From Candidatus Bathyarchaeota archaeon (GTDB taxonomy: Archaea; Thermoproteota; Bathyarchaeia; TCS64): DNA of 46,622 nt. The notes under the pieces were generated by a model. It searched no databases, was not told the origin of the DNA, and worked only from the letters and a program-made list of their open reading frames with translations. The stretch spans positions 1 to 46,622 of the forward strand of contig JBDRQD010000067.1 in NCBI GenBank assembly GCA_043826455.1, given 5' to 3'. A program made the position numbers and the translations under genes. Positions 1 through 9,285 of this stretch are shown one piece after another (position 1 is the stretch's first letter; each line of letters begins with the position of its first letter).

Positions 1-146
1 AACATTTATACACATACCTATAAAATAAAAAGTACTTCTTTACATACACTTAACTAATGATAATCCTGGCACACTATAACATGATATATAACATTTTTTC
101 ACAGCATGGATATTGAACCGTGTTTGTCACCTAAAGGGTACAAAAC

Positions 147-389
147 ATGTGTAATATCGATAGACCGACAATCCTACGTGAATGGCAAGAGGCAATAGGA
201 TACTTGGTGGATATAAAAGATGATTTCATCTTTTTCAAAGGATTCACCGTCCTAATATATCCGCAAGACAAGGAGATAATCAAACAGCTCTCAGAAATGA
301 AGGAAAAAAGAGTCTCGATCCTCAGAACAGACATTAAAAATAAGACTTACCTTGTCAGGGTCAACCCAGTAGACCCGGGACAAGGGTAA
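147..389 (+). CDS. small mobile-element protein, homolog of the ORF at 31989-32255
   Basis: Shares L.EWQEAIG.LVD and RV(S/G)ILRTD motifs with 31989-32255; lies in AT-rich DNA beside the integrase. Confidence 0.75.
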   Translation: MCNIDRPTILREWQEAIGYLVDIKDDFIFFKGFTVLIYPQDKEIIKQLSEMKEKRVSILRTDIKNKTYLVRVNPVDPGQG

Positions 390-905
390 CAAGTAGGTAA
401 CACGCAAGCTCGACCCATTTATTTAATTGCGAACGTATTGTGAGTTATACTTCTATATGGCTATTAACATTTTAACTCTTGACATGACTAGGCGTTGGAC
501 TGGTTACCGTGTAAACCTTAATCTTAAGGTCGGATTGGTCCTCGGCGTACTCCAGTTTATTGTGTTTTTCTCCAAATACGACCACATTGTCCAGGTGGGT
601 CCATTTGTCGCCCACCACTTCCTCGAGTTACCGGCCTTCTTCTTCATCGGCTCAGGGTTCTCAGAGTTCTTCTACGACCTTGGATGGTCCTCAGCTAAAT
701 CTCAGATAGGAGGCCTGGCGATATATTTCTTTAATACATTGGTAACCACACGCGGGTTAGGTACTTTGAGCTTGGTCGCAGCCTTGATAGTGTCCTGCCC
801 ATACCTCTTCGGGTTTTACTACCACCGCCTTCTAATCAAGGGAAAACCCGCAGATTCGACCCAAAAAGGGGATCATTAGCCTGGTGAGAATGTGGTTGAT
901 TATGT

Positions 906-2108
906 TTAAGCTGGTTTAAGCTCCATGAGCTTCCTGGCCACATAGTCTCTGAACTCGGGGTCACTGAAAAGTAGATCCATGCCTCGGTCAACCTCGCCCC
1001 GCACCTCCTGCTCCAGCTCCACGGTCTCCATGTCTAGGGGCAGGCTGCACCGGGAGCAGTACTTGGATCCCGACGGGTTCATCTCCTTGCACCTTGGGCA
1101 CTGCCTAGGGGCCAGCCGGTTCTCCTCCTCGCTGCTCTCCTTGTCCTCCATGCCGTAGAGCTTCAGTATGGCCCCGTCCACGTCCCTTCCCGAGAGGTGC
1201 ACGTAGGTGCTGGCCATCTTGCTTCCCTGCACCCAGCCGAAGTACTCGCACATCTGGGCCTCCGTCAGGTGCTTGGCCAGGTGGGTGGCCCGGCTGTGGC
1301 GGAAGATGTGGGGATTCACCGCCTTCTTCACCTTAGCCCTCCTAGCCACGCTCTGGACCATCTTCCTAGCGCTGGGGTAGTCCAGGGGCTTGTCCTGGTT
1401 GGCGGTGCCGATGCCCACCCACAGCGCCGCCTCGGGGTCGTCCCTCATCGGGTGGACATTGAGCCACCCCGCCAGCTGGGGACTGGAAGCGACGATGATG
1501 ATGCGCCTCATCCCCGTCTTGCCCTCGACGATGAGGCGTGCGCCATGCTCGGTGAACTTGACGTGCTTCACCCTCATGGTGAGGAGCTCCCCTATCCTGC
1601 ACCCAGACTCGTAGAGCACCGAGATGAGGGCTTTGTCCCTTGGGTGGCGGGCGGCGTCGATGAGCCGCTCCACATCCTTCTCGGACAGCAGCTCGTCCGG
1701 GAGCCTGCTGCCCCTCTTGGCGAGCACCCTGATCCACTTGACGTTCGGCGGGTACGCCTCGCCGCCGCTGAGCCACTTGTAGAACTTTTTCAGTGTGACC
1801 CGGTAGTCGTGCTTGGTCCAGTCGGAGATCTCCCGCCTCTCCACCCAGCCCACAATCTCCACCAGGTCCTCCTTTCGGGCCTCGCGGAGACTGACACCGT
1901 GGGGCTTCGTCCACTCGGCTATCTTGTTAAGGATGTGGAGGTAGTGCTCCACCCTCTCCACGCTCAGGCCCTCCGCGAAGCCGTGGTCCCGGAACTCCAG
2001 TATCAGCCGCCGGTCGTCGTCCCCGATATCCGGGGAGGAACGTATCCTCTCCGTCACGAGGTCGAGGCGGTGCCGCCGCTTGTGGATGTCCAGGGCCCTC
2101 AAAAGCAT
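906..2108 (-). CDS. tyrosine recombinase/integrase with C-terminal zinc ribbon
   Basis: ESGCRIGE (R), GKTG (K), PHIFRHSRA (HxxR), YFGW (W), TYVH (Y); CPRC...CSRC at the C-terminus. Confidence 0.95.
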   Translation of the reverse strand: MLLRALDIHKRRHRLDLVTERIRSSPDIGDDDRRLILEFRDHGFAEGLSVERVEHYLHILNKIAEWTKPHGVSLREARKEDLVEIVGWVERREISDWTKHDYRVTLKKFYKWLSGGEAYPPNVKWIRVLAKRGSRLPDELLSEKDVERLIDAARHPRDKALISVLYESGCRIGELLTMRVKHVKFTEHGARLIVEGKTGMRRIIIVASSPQLAGWLNVHPMRDDPEAALWVGIGTANQDKPLDYPSARKMVQSVARRAKVKKAVNPHIFRHSRATHLAKHLTEAQMCEYFGWVQGSKMASTYVHLSGRDVDGAILKLYGMEDKESSEEENRLAPRQCPRCKEMNPSGSKYCSRCSLPLDMETVELEQEVRGEVDRGMDLLFSDPEFRDYVARKLMELKPA

Positions 2109-2147
2109 TCACCCCCTATCCCTGGGAACGAATATAAACTTGAGGTG

Positions 2148-2225
2148 TGGCGCCGCCATTCGGATTTGAACCGAAGGCCAACTGCTTAACAGGCAGACGC
2201 TCTAACCGAGCTGAGCTATGGCGGC
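2148..2225 (-). tRNA. tRNA-Asn(GTT), CCA encoded
   Basis: Reverse complement folds as GCCGCCA...TGGCGGC-G-CCA; anticodon loop CT-GTT-AA; T arm TTCGG-TTCAAAT-CCGAA. Confidence 0.95.
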
Positions 2226-2425
2226 TCGCGCTCCCAAATATTACGAGTGCTTATATTAATATTTGCCGTAGACTGCCCTCCTGCCCGGAAAGGATATTGG
2301 GACGGTTTTCAGCGACCAGTGCCCGCGTTCCAGGATCTTCATGAGCATACCCATCATCGTGTAGGAAGCCGAGAAGAGGTAGCCTCCCCGAGGCTTTTTA
2401 TCTCCTCTACGCGGTGTTCCATCCC

Positions 2426-3193
2426 ATGAGCCGCAGCTACAGCCGTGAGTCCGGGAAAGAGTTCGCCAAGATATCCAAGGAGTACGACAAGGGCAGGGCA
2501 GGCGAGAACGTGGAGCTCTGGGCGGAGGAGACGAGGAGGCTGGCCGCCCTCGACGAGGACTCGAAGGTGCTGGACCTGGGCTGCGGCACAGGCCTCTACA
2601 CCGTGGGCATCATGAGGCACGTGGGCTGCACCATGCTGGGAATGGACCCCGTGGCCGGGATGCTGGGCCAGGCCAGGGAGAAGAGCCGCGGCGTCCACTG
2701 GTTCGCCGGGATGGGGGAGTGGCTGCCCCTGCGCCCCGAGCTCCTGGACTGCATATTCAGCAGCCAGGTCTGGCACCACATACAGGACAGGCAGGGCACC
2801 GCCGACGAGAGCTGCCGCGTGCTGAAGCAGGGAGGCTGCTACATCATCAGGACCATCAGCCACAGCCAGCTCCACCAGAAGGTGGTCTTCAGGTACTTCC
2901 CCGAGATCAAGACGAACCAGCTCCGGGTGTACCCCAGCAACCACGACTTCCGAACCTACTTCAGGAACGCCGGCTTCAAGGAGACAGTGTTCCACGAGTA
3001 CAGCCTGGAACGCCACCAGACGGTGGAGGAGTTCGTGGAGGTGGCTGAGAAGAGGCTGTGGAGCATGTTCAGGCCCATCACAGAGGAGGGCCTCAGGAAG
3101 GGCGTAGCCGAGCTGTGGAAGTACAAGGAGGAGTCAGGCGGCCAGCCCGTCCGGAACGACGAGCTCATAACCCTTGTGGTCAGCCGCAGGTAG
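2426..3193 (+). CDS. class I SAM-dependent methyltransferase
   Basis: VLDLGCGTG motif I, LPL...DCIFS, CRVLKQGG; start could also be GTG 2414. Confidence 0.9.
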   Translation: MSRSYSRESGKEFAKISKEYDKGRAGENVELWAEETRRLAALDEDSKVLDLGCGTGLYTVGIMRHVGCTMLGMDPVAGMLGQAREKSRGVHWFAGMGEWLPLRPELLDCIFSSQVWHHIQDRQGTADESCRVLKQGGCYIIRTISHSQLHQKVVFRYFPEIKTNQLRVYPSNHDFRTYFRNAGFKETVFHEYSLERHQTVEEFVEVAEKRLWSMFRPITEEGLRKGVAELWKYKEESGGQPVRNDELITLVVSRR

Positions 3194-3241
3194 CCCACGT
3201 CCATGTTTTTAAGGCGCGGCTCCTAAAAAAAACTGATAGTT

Positions 3242-3802
3242 ATGATACCGGAAAAGATGCTCAAGGAGCTCAACCAGCAGATCAACGAGGAGCTCTACAG
3301 CATGTACATCTATGAGGCCATGGCCGCCGACCTGGAGTATAAGGGATACAAGGGCATGGCCACCTGGCTCAGGGTCCAGGCTAGGGAAGAAAAGATTCAC
3401 GCGGACGTCTTCTACAACTTCATAACGGAGAGGCAGGCCCACGTTGAGCTGGAGGCCATAGCCAAGCCGCCCAAGACGTGGGCGAGCCCCCTGGAGGTCT
3501 TAAAGGCCGCGTACGCCCACGAGCAGCACATCACGGGTCGCATCAACCACATGGTGAAGGTGGCCCAGGATGTGAACGACAACGCTTCCTGGAAGATGCT
3601 CCAGTGGTTCGTGGACGAGCAGGTGGAGGAGGAGGCCAACACCAGCGAGGCCGTCCAGCAGCTGGAGATCGCCGGGGCCCAGGCCCAGGCGGTCCTCATG
3701 CTGGACAGGGAGATGGGGGCCAGGGTCTATGTGGTCCCCGCCAACGCGCCGTTCTACCCCAAGCCCGGGCAGCCAGGGGCGGCCGCAGGGGCCGCCGCGT
3801 AG
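3242..3802 (+). CDS. ftnA: ferritin (non-heme, Ftn type)
   Basis: LNQQINEELYSMYIY, QAREEKIHA, HEQHIT, LQWFVDEQVEEE ferroxidase motifs. Confidence 0.93.
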   Translation: MIPEKMLKELNQQINEELYSMYIYEAMAADLEYKGYKGMATWLRVQAREEKIHADVFYNFITERQAHVELEAIAKPPKTWASPLEVLKAAYAHEQHITGRINHMVKVAQDVNDNASWKMLQWFVDEQVEEEANTSEAVQQLEIAGAQAQAVLMLDREMGARVYVVPANAPFYPKPGQPGAAAGAAA

Positions 3803-3858
3803 CCAACCTTTTTCTCATCAGAATATTTTATTGGCCGACTATGCAGACGGTTGAACGC

Positions 3859-5316
3859 TCAGCCTCCTGCGTTGACGAAGCTGAAGGGTACGGCCGCCCA
3901 CCTCCGCTCCATGCGTCTGAGAAGAGGAGCAGAGGCCAGCAGAAGCACCGCTGACACCGCCACAACGACGGGCGTAGCCAGCCCGGCCCTCATGGGCATC
4001 ATGAGGGCCGCGACCTCGGCCACGATCATGGGGGGCACCACGAAGGCGCAGAACCTGAGGATGACCCGGGCGTCGAAGAACATGGTGTTGGTCCAGAGGC
4101 CGGTGAGGTAGCTGGTTACCCCCACTACGTAGACGCTGGTGGCCCCAGCCAGCAGCAGCCCCAGGGGCACCAGAGACAGTTGACCCTTCAGGAAGCCGAT
4201 GCCCACCACGTAGGCCGTGGAGACCCCTGCCGTTAGGATGAAGTACAGGACCAGCTTGGCCTTCACCACCATGTCCACGGAAACGGGCTGCACGTTCAGG
4301 TACTCGTTGTGCTCCAGGTTGGTGAGGAAGCTGTAGGTCATGACCCCCATGAAGCCCACGAAGCCGCTGTAGAACACCACGTTGAAGCCCAGGCTGACGC
4401 CGACGCCAGCCTCGAAGACCCAGCTCATACCGTAGACTGCCAGCAGGTGGCCAGCGAAGCTCATGATCACGGGTGCTAGGGCGCCCGCGCGGCGCACCTC
4501 GGCCCACTCCTTGGCCACCAGGGTCCTGAGGCCGCCTGTGAAACCGAAGAGGCCCTCCGCGTCCAGGAAGCTGAATCCGGACCGGCTCTCCCTGGACTCG
4601 TACCGCTCCTTCATCAATGCGACGCCCGCTGAGGCGAGCGTGAAGGCCACGGCGGATGAAGCTGCAAGCGTCCACAGGCTCCTATCAGTCCAGTAGGTTA
4701 GGGGCAGGATGATCTGCTCCGGCGTCAGTAGCCCCAGGGGGTAAACCAGGGCAGCTGCTCCAGCTACGCCTGTGTTAAGCATTAGCCATAGGGGCCGGCT
4801 GCGGACGGACACGGCTGAGAGGGTGAAGCTGAGGCCCATTCCCATCATGAAGGAGAGGAACGTGGTGAGGCCCAGCATTGCCACGCTGCCTAGGCTTACC
4901 CCTGCCCCCGGGGCGGCCACGGCCAGGCCCAGCGTCAGGGGCACGTAGCTGTAGAGGAGGTAGAACACCGAGTCTTTGGCGTAGAAGACGGCCATCATCC
5001 TGCGGAAGCTCACCGGGTACGTCTGAGGCATCTGCATGATCATGCTGACCTGGCCCAGGCGCCTGGTCATCACGTGCTCCCCGATGGCCCCGAAGTTGCC
5101 CACGAAGAGGCCGTAGAGGACGCTGGCGACATGCAGCATCAGGAGGATGGTGGCGGTGGGCATATGGCTCAGCACCCGGGGCGCCACGAGGGCCAGGAAC
5201 GCTGTGAACAGGAAAATGGTGGCCGGGAACAGGGCTGAGCCCATGGGGCCCACGAGACTCTGGTGGAGCCTCCACTCCTCCTTCATCATGGCGTGGAGGA
5301 GCCTGAGGCTAAGCAA
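3859..5316 (-). CDS. ABC exporter permease-like polytopic membrane protein
   Basis: About 12 hydrophobic segments, two KEW/EEW-type motifs; start overlaps the end of the ABC ATPase gene. Confidence 0.8.
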   Translation of the reverse strand: MLSLRLLHAMMKEEWRLHQSLVGPMGSALFPATIFLFTAFLALVAPRVLSHMPTATILLMLHVASVLYGLFVGNFGAIGEHVMTRRLGQVSMIMQMPQTYPVSFRRMMAVFYAKDSVFYLLYSYVPLTLGLAVAAPGAGVSLGSVAMLGLTTFLSFMMGMGLSFTLSAVSVRSRPLWLMLNTGVAGAAALVYPLGLLTPEQIILPLTYWTDRSLWTLAASSAVAFTLASAGVALMKERYESRESRSGFSFLDAEGLFGFTGGLRTLVAKEWAEVRRAGALAPVIMSFAGHLLAVYGMSWVFEAGVGVSLGFNVVFYSGFVGFMGVMTYSFLTNLEHNEYLNVQPVSVDMVVKAKLVLYFILTAGVSTAYVVGIGFLKGQLSLVPLGLLLAGATSVYVVGVTSYLTGLWTNTMFFDARVILRFCAFVVPPMIVAEVAALMMPMRAGLATPVVVAVSAVLLLASAPLLRRMERRWAAVPFSFVNAGG

Positions 5317-6034
5317 CTTGGTGGTCCTCCACGGCGCGGAGGAAAACGTCCTCCAGGCTGCCCCCGTGCCTGATCTCGCTGAGGCGGCCCTGCTCCACGA
5401 TGCGGCCCCTGTGGATGAAGGCCACGTTGTCGCAGAGGCGCTCCGCTATCTCCAGGATGTGGGTGCACATGAACACTGTTCGCCCCTCGGAGGCCACGCC
5501 CAGGAGGTACTCTCGGACCCGGCGTTGGTAGATGGGGTCCAGGTTGATGAAGGGCTCGTCAAGGAGCAGCAGCTCGGGCTCGTGGATGAAGGCCGCGGCC
5601 AGCATCACCTTCTGCCTCTGCCCCTTGGACAGGTCCCTGCAGAGGACGTCCCGCTTCTCGTCCAGGTCGAAGAACCTGATCCATTGCTCCACTCTTTCAC
5701 CCATGTCCTCCAGGCCGCGGAGCCTGTACGTCAGCTCCAGGGTCTCCTGGGCGGTGAGGAACGTGGGCGGCGTCTCCGCCTCCGGCACGATGCCCACCCG
5801 CTGCTTCAGCCTTATGGGGTCTGTGTGGGCGACCCCGGCGGTGGTGGCTGACCCGGAGTCGGGGGCCAGCTGGCCTGTGAGCACTCTGAGGAGGGTGGTT
5901 TTGCCTGCCCCGTTGGGGCCGAAGAGCCCGTAGAACTCTCCCCTGGCCACGGTGAGGTTTACGTCGTCCAGGACCTTGACCGAGCCGAAGCTCTTGGATA
6001 TGTTCACAGCTTGTATGGCATGCAAAGTGTTCAC
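5309..6034 (-). CDS. ABC transporter ATP-binding protein
   Basis: GPNGAGKTT Walker A, LSKGQ signature, LLLLDEP Walker B, H-loop CTH. Confidence 0.95.
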   Translation of the reverse strand: MNTLHAIQAVNISKSFGSVKVLDDVNLTVARGEFYGLFGPNGAGKTTLLRVLTGQLAPDSGSATTAGVAHTDPIRLKQRVGIVPEAETPPTFLTAQETLELTYRLRGLEDMGERVEQWIRFFDLDEKRDVLCRDLSKGQRQKVMLAAAFIHEPELLLLDEPFINLDPIYQRRVREYLLGVASEGRTVFMCTHILEIAERLCDNVAFIHRGRIVEQGRLSEIRHGGSLEDVFLRAVEDHQVA

Positions 6035-6109
6035 CGGGGTGGGTTTGCGTCAACCAAGCCGGCTGTTTAAAAAAGTTTGATGAAACGGTGTCCGGTACTA
6101 GTGGTCCAC

Positions 6110-6448
6110 TTATTCCTCGACGGTGAACTTGGGCTCCGGGGACCACTCCCATGGGAATGGGGTGGGCCTGTCCTGGGAGTACAGTTGCCTGATCTTCTCC
6201 CGTAGCTCAGCGTCTCGCTTGGTGAAGGGCTTCGCCTCCTTCTGGGTGAGGACAGCCCTGAACCCGCTGAGGTGAACCATCAGGGTGTCCGCGGCAGCCG
6301 ACAGCTCCCGCTTGTCGTCCTTGTAGAGGTCGAGGCCGCCTGTGGGGAGCTGCGTGATCTTGGGTTTGAAGTCTCTGAGCTCGTCCTTGGCCTTGTCCAG
6401 GTTCACTGGGTTCCACCACCGGAATCGCACGTGCTGGTATTTCTCCAT
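6110..6448 (-). CDS. hypothetical protein
   Basis: Clean 112-aa ORF with host-like codon usage filling the intergenic space; no family recognised. Confidence 0.7.
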   Translation of the reverse strand: MEKYQHVRFRWWNPVNLDKAKDELRDFKPKITQLPTGGLDLYKDDKRELSAAADTLMVHLSGFRAVLTQKEAKPFTKRDAELREKIRQLYSQDRPTPFPWEWSPEPKFTVEE

Positions 6449-6567
6449 ATGTTGGGCTGGGAAGCCGCGGATAATAAGGATTTATCCTTGGTTGAAGCCT
6501 CCGGTGACGGAGTTCAAAGAAGGGTGTTTAATACCTGTTAAATAATTCACGGCCTAAAACTCTCGCC

Positions 6568-7323
6568 ATGAAGACGCTTGTCGTGGAGGCCAGCCCCAGG
6601 AGGGACGGCAACTCCATCACGCTAGCCCGCAGCCTCATAAAGGGGCTCAGGGACGCCAGCGAGACGGAGATCAGGGAGCTATTCCTCAACGAGATGGACA
6701 TACGCTACTGCATGGGCTGCTGGAGCTGCCTCAAACTAGGCGAGCCCGGCTGCGTCATAGACGACGACATGATCGGCGTCTACCCCCTGCTCATGGAGGC
6801 GGACCTACTGGTCTTCGCCACACCCATATACTGGTGGACCATCAGCGGCCAGATGAAGACCTTCATGGACCGCCTGGAGGGACTCCTGGACGGCAACGGC
6901 CCCAACAACCTCAGCGGCAAGACTCTGGTGCTGATAGTCGCATACGTGGCCGAGGACCCGGACGGCGTAGACCTCGCCATCAGGATGTACCGGTCCATAG
7001 CGGCCTGGGCCGGCATGAGCCTACACGTAGTCAAGTACAACTCGATTTCCAGCCACGTCAATGAAAACCCTGGGAAACTGGAGGAGGCCTACAGCCTCGG
7101 GAAGAGCCTCGCCGGGTACGAGACACCCGAGCTCACGGTGCCGTGCCCCATCAAGGGCTGCAAGGGCAGGTTCGCCTCCGCGGAGGCATTGGCCCGGCAC
7201 TTGGCCTCGGGGGCCGGCCCCACCCACAGGGAGTGGAGGCGGCTGAACGGGTTCAGGGACCTGGGCATGGCTGGCGACGACCACTGGAAAGACATCTTAA
7301 GGCACATTCAGGCTGGGGCCTGA
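6568..7323 (+). CDS. iron-sulfur flavoprotein / NADPH-dependent FMN reductase family with C-terminal C2H2-like extension
   Basis: SPRRDGNS, CxxCxxC-x7-C, ATPIYW, QMKTFMDR; tail CPIKGC-x12-H-x8-H. Confidence 0.88.
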   Translation: MKTLVVEASPRRDGNSITLARSLIKGLRDASETEIRELFLNEMDIRYCMGCWSCLKLGEPGCVIDDDMIGVYPLLMEADLLVFATPIYWWTISGQMKTFMDRLEGLLDGNGPNNLSGKTLVLIVAYVAEDPDGVDLAIRMYRSIAAWAGMSLHVVKYNSISSHVNENPGKLEEAYSLGKSLAGYETPELTVPCPIKGCKGRFASAEALARHLASGAGPTHREWRRLNGFRDLGMAGDDHWKDILRHIQAGA

Positions 7324-7371
7324 CCGCCCCCTCTTAAATACGGCCACCTGCATAGATGTCCCGGTGATTCA

Positions 7372-7674
7372 TTGGTAAACGACGTAAAGATCACAGTGGC
7401 GGCCCTGCTGAAGCCGGGCCCCATATTCAAGGAGCTGGCCGCCGACACGGTGACGCCCGAGTGCTCCCGCTACAAGGTGGGGGCCGAGTACATCAGCAAG
7501 GCCCTCAACATGCCTGAGGGGTTCTGCGCCTGGGCTTGGGCCGACATCCAGAGGGACGTGGCCCACCTGGCCATGGGCGGAGACTTCCCGTGGATCAAGA
7601 AGAAGGGCAGCATGGTCTCGTGCTGCACCGACGGCCTCCGGCCGGTGGTCTTCAAGCTCGAGCGCATCGAGTAG
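7372..7674 (+). CDS. TIGR04076-like protein
   Basis: PEGFCAWAW...SCCTDGLRPVVFKLERI motif pattern. Confidence 0.75.
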   Translation: MVNDVKITVAALLKPGPIFKELAADTVTPECSRYKVGAEYISKALNMPEGFCAWAWADIQRDVAHLAMGGDFPWIKKKGSMVSCCTDGLRPVVFKLERIE

Positions 7675-7751
7675 CTCCTCAGCTTGCCGCTGTTTTTTTT
7701 TCAGAATAAAAGCGTAATACGCGTCCAAGGACGGCGCCCGGCTGACGCGCC

Positions 7752-9197
7752 TCACTTCTTTACTCTGGCATCCCTCTTCTCGACCAGCGTCTTGGAGAAG
7801 GTCCCCGTGGGGTCGTGGATGTCAGGGTACTCGTACCACTCGTGCCCATGCCTGATGACGTCGTAGATGGGTGGGTCGCCGCCCATCTCATCCCAGATGC
7901 ACTTCCTGAGCCTCCTGCACGTCCCCGGGCTTTCCCTGCTTACGTCGTCCATCTCCTTCGGGTCAGCCCTGATGTCGTAGAGCTTCTCCTGGGTCCTCTC
8001 GTTGTCAGTCATGTAGACGTACTCGGCGTCCCTGGTCCAGAGCCAAGGATAGAAGATGCACGTGGCGTATGTCCGGGTCTGCTCATCCTCCCCGGTGACC
8101 CACCTCCAGGCGTTCCTGCCGTCTAGCCCCTTCGGCGTTTCTATCCCGGCCATCCCCATCAGGGTGACGGGGATGTCGTGGTGGGCGACATAAGCGTCAC
8201 ACTCCTCTCCGCCGTGGTCGCCTCCAGGCGCTTTGACTATGTAGACGAGGTCCATGAGCTCACGGTACATGTGGTCGGGCACCTTGTGCATCACTCCGTG
8301 GTCCATGATGTTGTGGCCATGATCGCTGACGAGGGCCACCACGGTGTCATCCCACAGCCCCATCTCCTTCACCTTTTCCAGAAGGGCCCCCACATAGGCG
8401 TCGCAGTGGGTCACCTCCCCCGCGTAGGAGGCCAGGGTGTACTCCAGCTCCCCCTCCCCAAACAGGTTGGGCCCGCCCACCGTGGGGATGATCCTCCTCC
8501 CCCTGTAGCTGCCGGTGTCGAAGTAGAGGTCCAGGTACTCCTTAGGCGGGTTCCAGGGCTCATGGGGGTCAAACTCGTCGATGACCATGAAGAACCGCTG
8601 CTTGCCTCCGTTCCTCTCAAGCCACCTGGACGCGGCGCCGAAGGTCCGAGGCGCGAACCAGTCCTGCTCGCATCTCCAGTCACTGACGTTGGCCAGACAA
8701 TAGGTGAGGCTGTGACCCACCATGCCGTACATGGACTCGCAGGGGAGGTTCTTCAGGCTCTCCAAGTCGCCTACGAGTGGAACCTTGTAGTGGTCCGCCT
8801 CCTGGCCGCGTATGAACTCCCAGCTAGTGTAGCCCCTGTGGTAGTTCATGGAAGGCTTGAACATGTGGTGCGTCGAGGCGAAGAAGCTGGTGAGGTACCC
8901 GTGGTGTCTGAAGACCTCTCCCACGGTCACTTGGTGCTCGGGGATGGGCTGCCAACCAGGAATCAAGACCACGTCTCCTTTGGCTGCTCTATAGTTTCTG
9001 CATGGGAACGTCCTCATACCCGTGTGCATGGCCCTTCTGACAGGAAGCGTGGGCAGCGCCTCAGGGTACGCGTTGATGAACCGGACTCCCTCAGACGCCA
9101 AGGCGTCGATGTTAGGGGTCTTGATCCAGTCGTTACCGTAGGCGCCGACGTGGTCTCGCCGCAGACTGTCCAGCATGATCAATATGACGTTATGCAT
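7752..9197 (-). CDS. sulfatase-like hydrolase (alkaline phosphatase superfamily)
   Basis: NVILIMLDSLRRD, TPNID, TLPVRRAMHTG, DPHEPW, SDHG. Confidence 0.9.
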   Translation of the reverse strand: MHNVILIMLDSLRRDHVGAYGNDWIKTPNIDALASEGVRFINAYPEALPTLPVRRAMHTGMRTFPCRNYRAAKGDVVLIPGWQPIPEHQVTVGEVFRHHGYLTSFFASTHHMFKPSMNYHRGYTSWEFIRGQEADHYKVPLVGDLESLKNLPCESMYGMVGHSLTYCLANVSDWRCEQDWFAPRTFGAASRWLERNGGKQRFFMVIDEFDPHEPWNPPKEYLDLYFDTGSYRGRRIIPTVGGPNLFGEGELEYTLASYAGEVTHCDAYVGALLEKVKEMGLWDDTVVALVSDHGHNIMDHGVMHKVPDHMYRELMDLVYIVKAPGGDHGGEECDAYVAHHDIPVTLMGMAGIETPKGLDGRNAWRWVTGEDEQTRTYATCIFYPWLWTRDAEYVYMTDNERTQEKLYDIRADPKEMDDVSRESPGTCRRLRKCIWDEMGGDPPIYDVIRHGHEWYEYPDIHDPTGTFSKTLVEKRDARVKK

Positions 9198-9285
9198 AAC
9201 CTGCTCGATCTGAAAGCACCCTACGAGTTTAAGGTAATTACTGTAGGATGAGACTCGCGCCTGCGTACGTGGAGCGCGTTGATGC

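Larger units (their letters stand above)
1..2147. mobile_element. edge of an element integrated at tRNA-Asn; extends left beyond the window
   Basis: Integrase starts about 40 bp past the tRNA CCA on the same strand; GC drops left of ~900; carries a gene also found in the second element. No attR seen in the window. Confidence 0.6.

Noticed and set aside
427..879. 150-aa plus-strand ORF
   Set aside because: No recognisable family. The minus strand shows broken frames, so this may be a shadow of decayed DNA.
3730..3802. Ferritin Pro/Ala-rich tail as an encapsulin cargo peptide
   Set aside because: No LxIGSL-like motif and no encapsulin gene in the window
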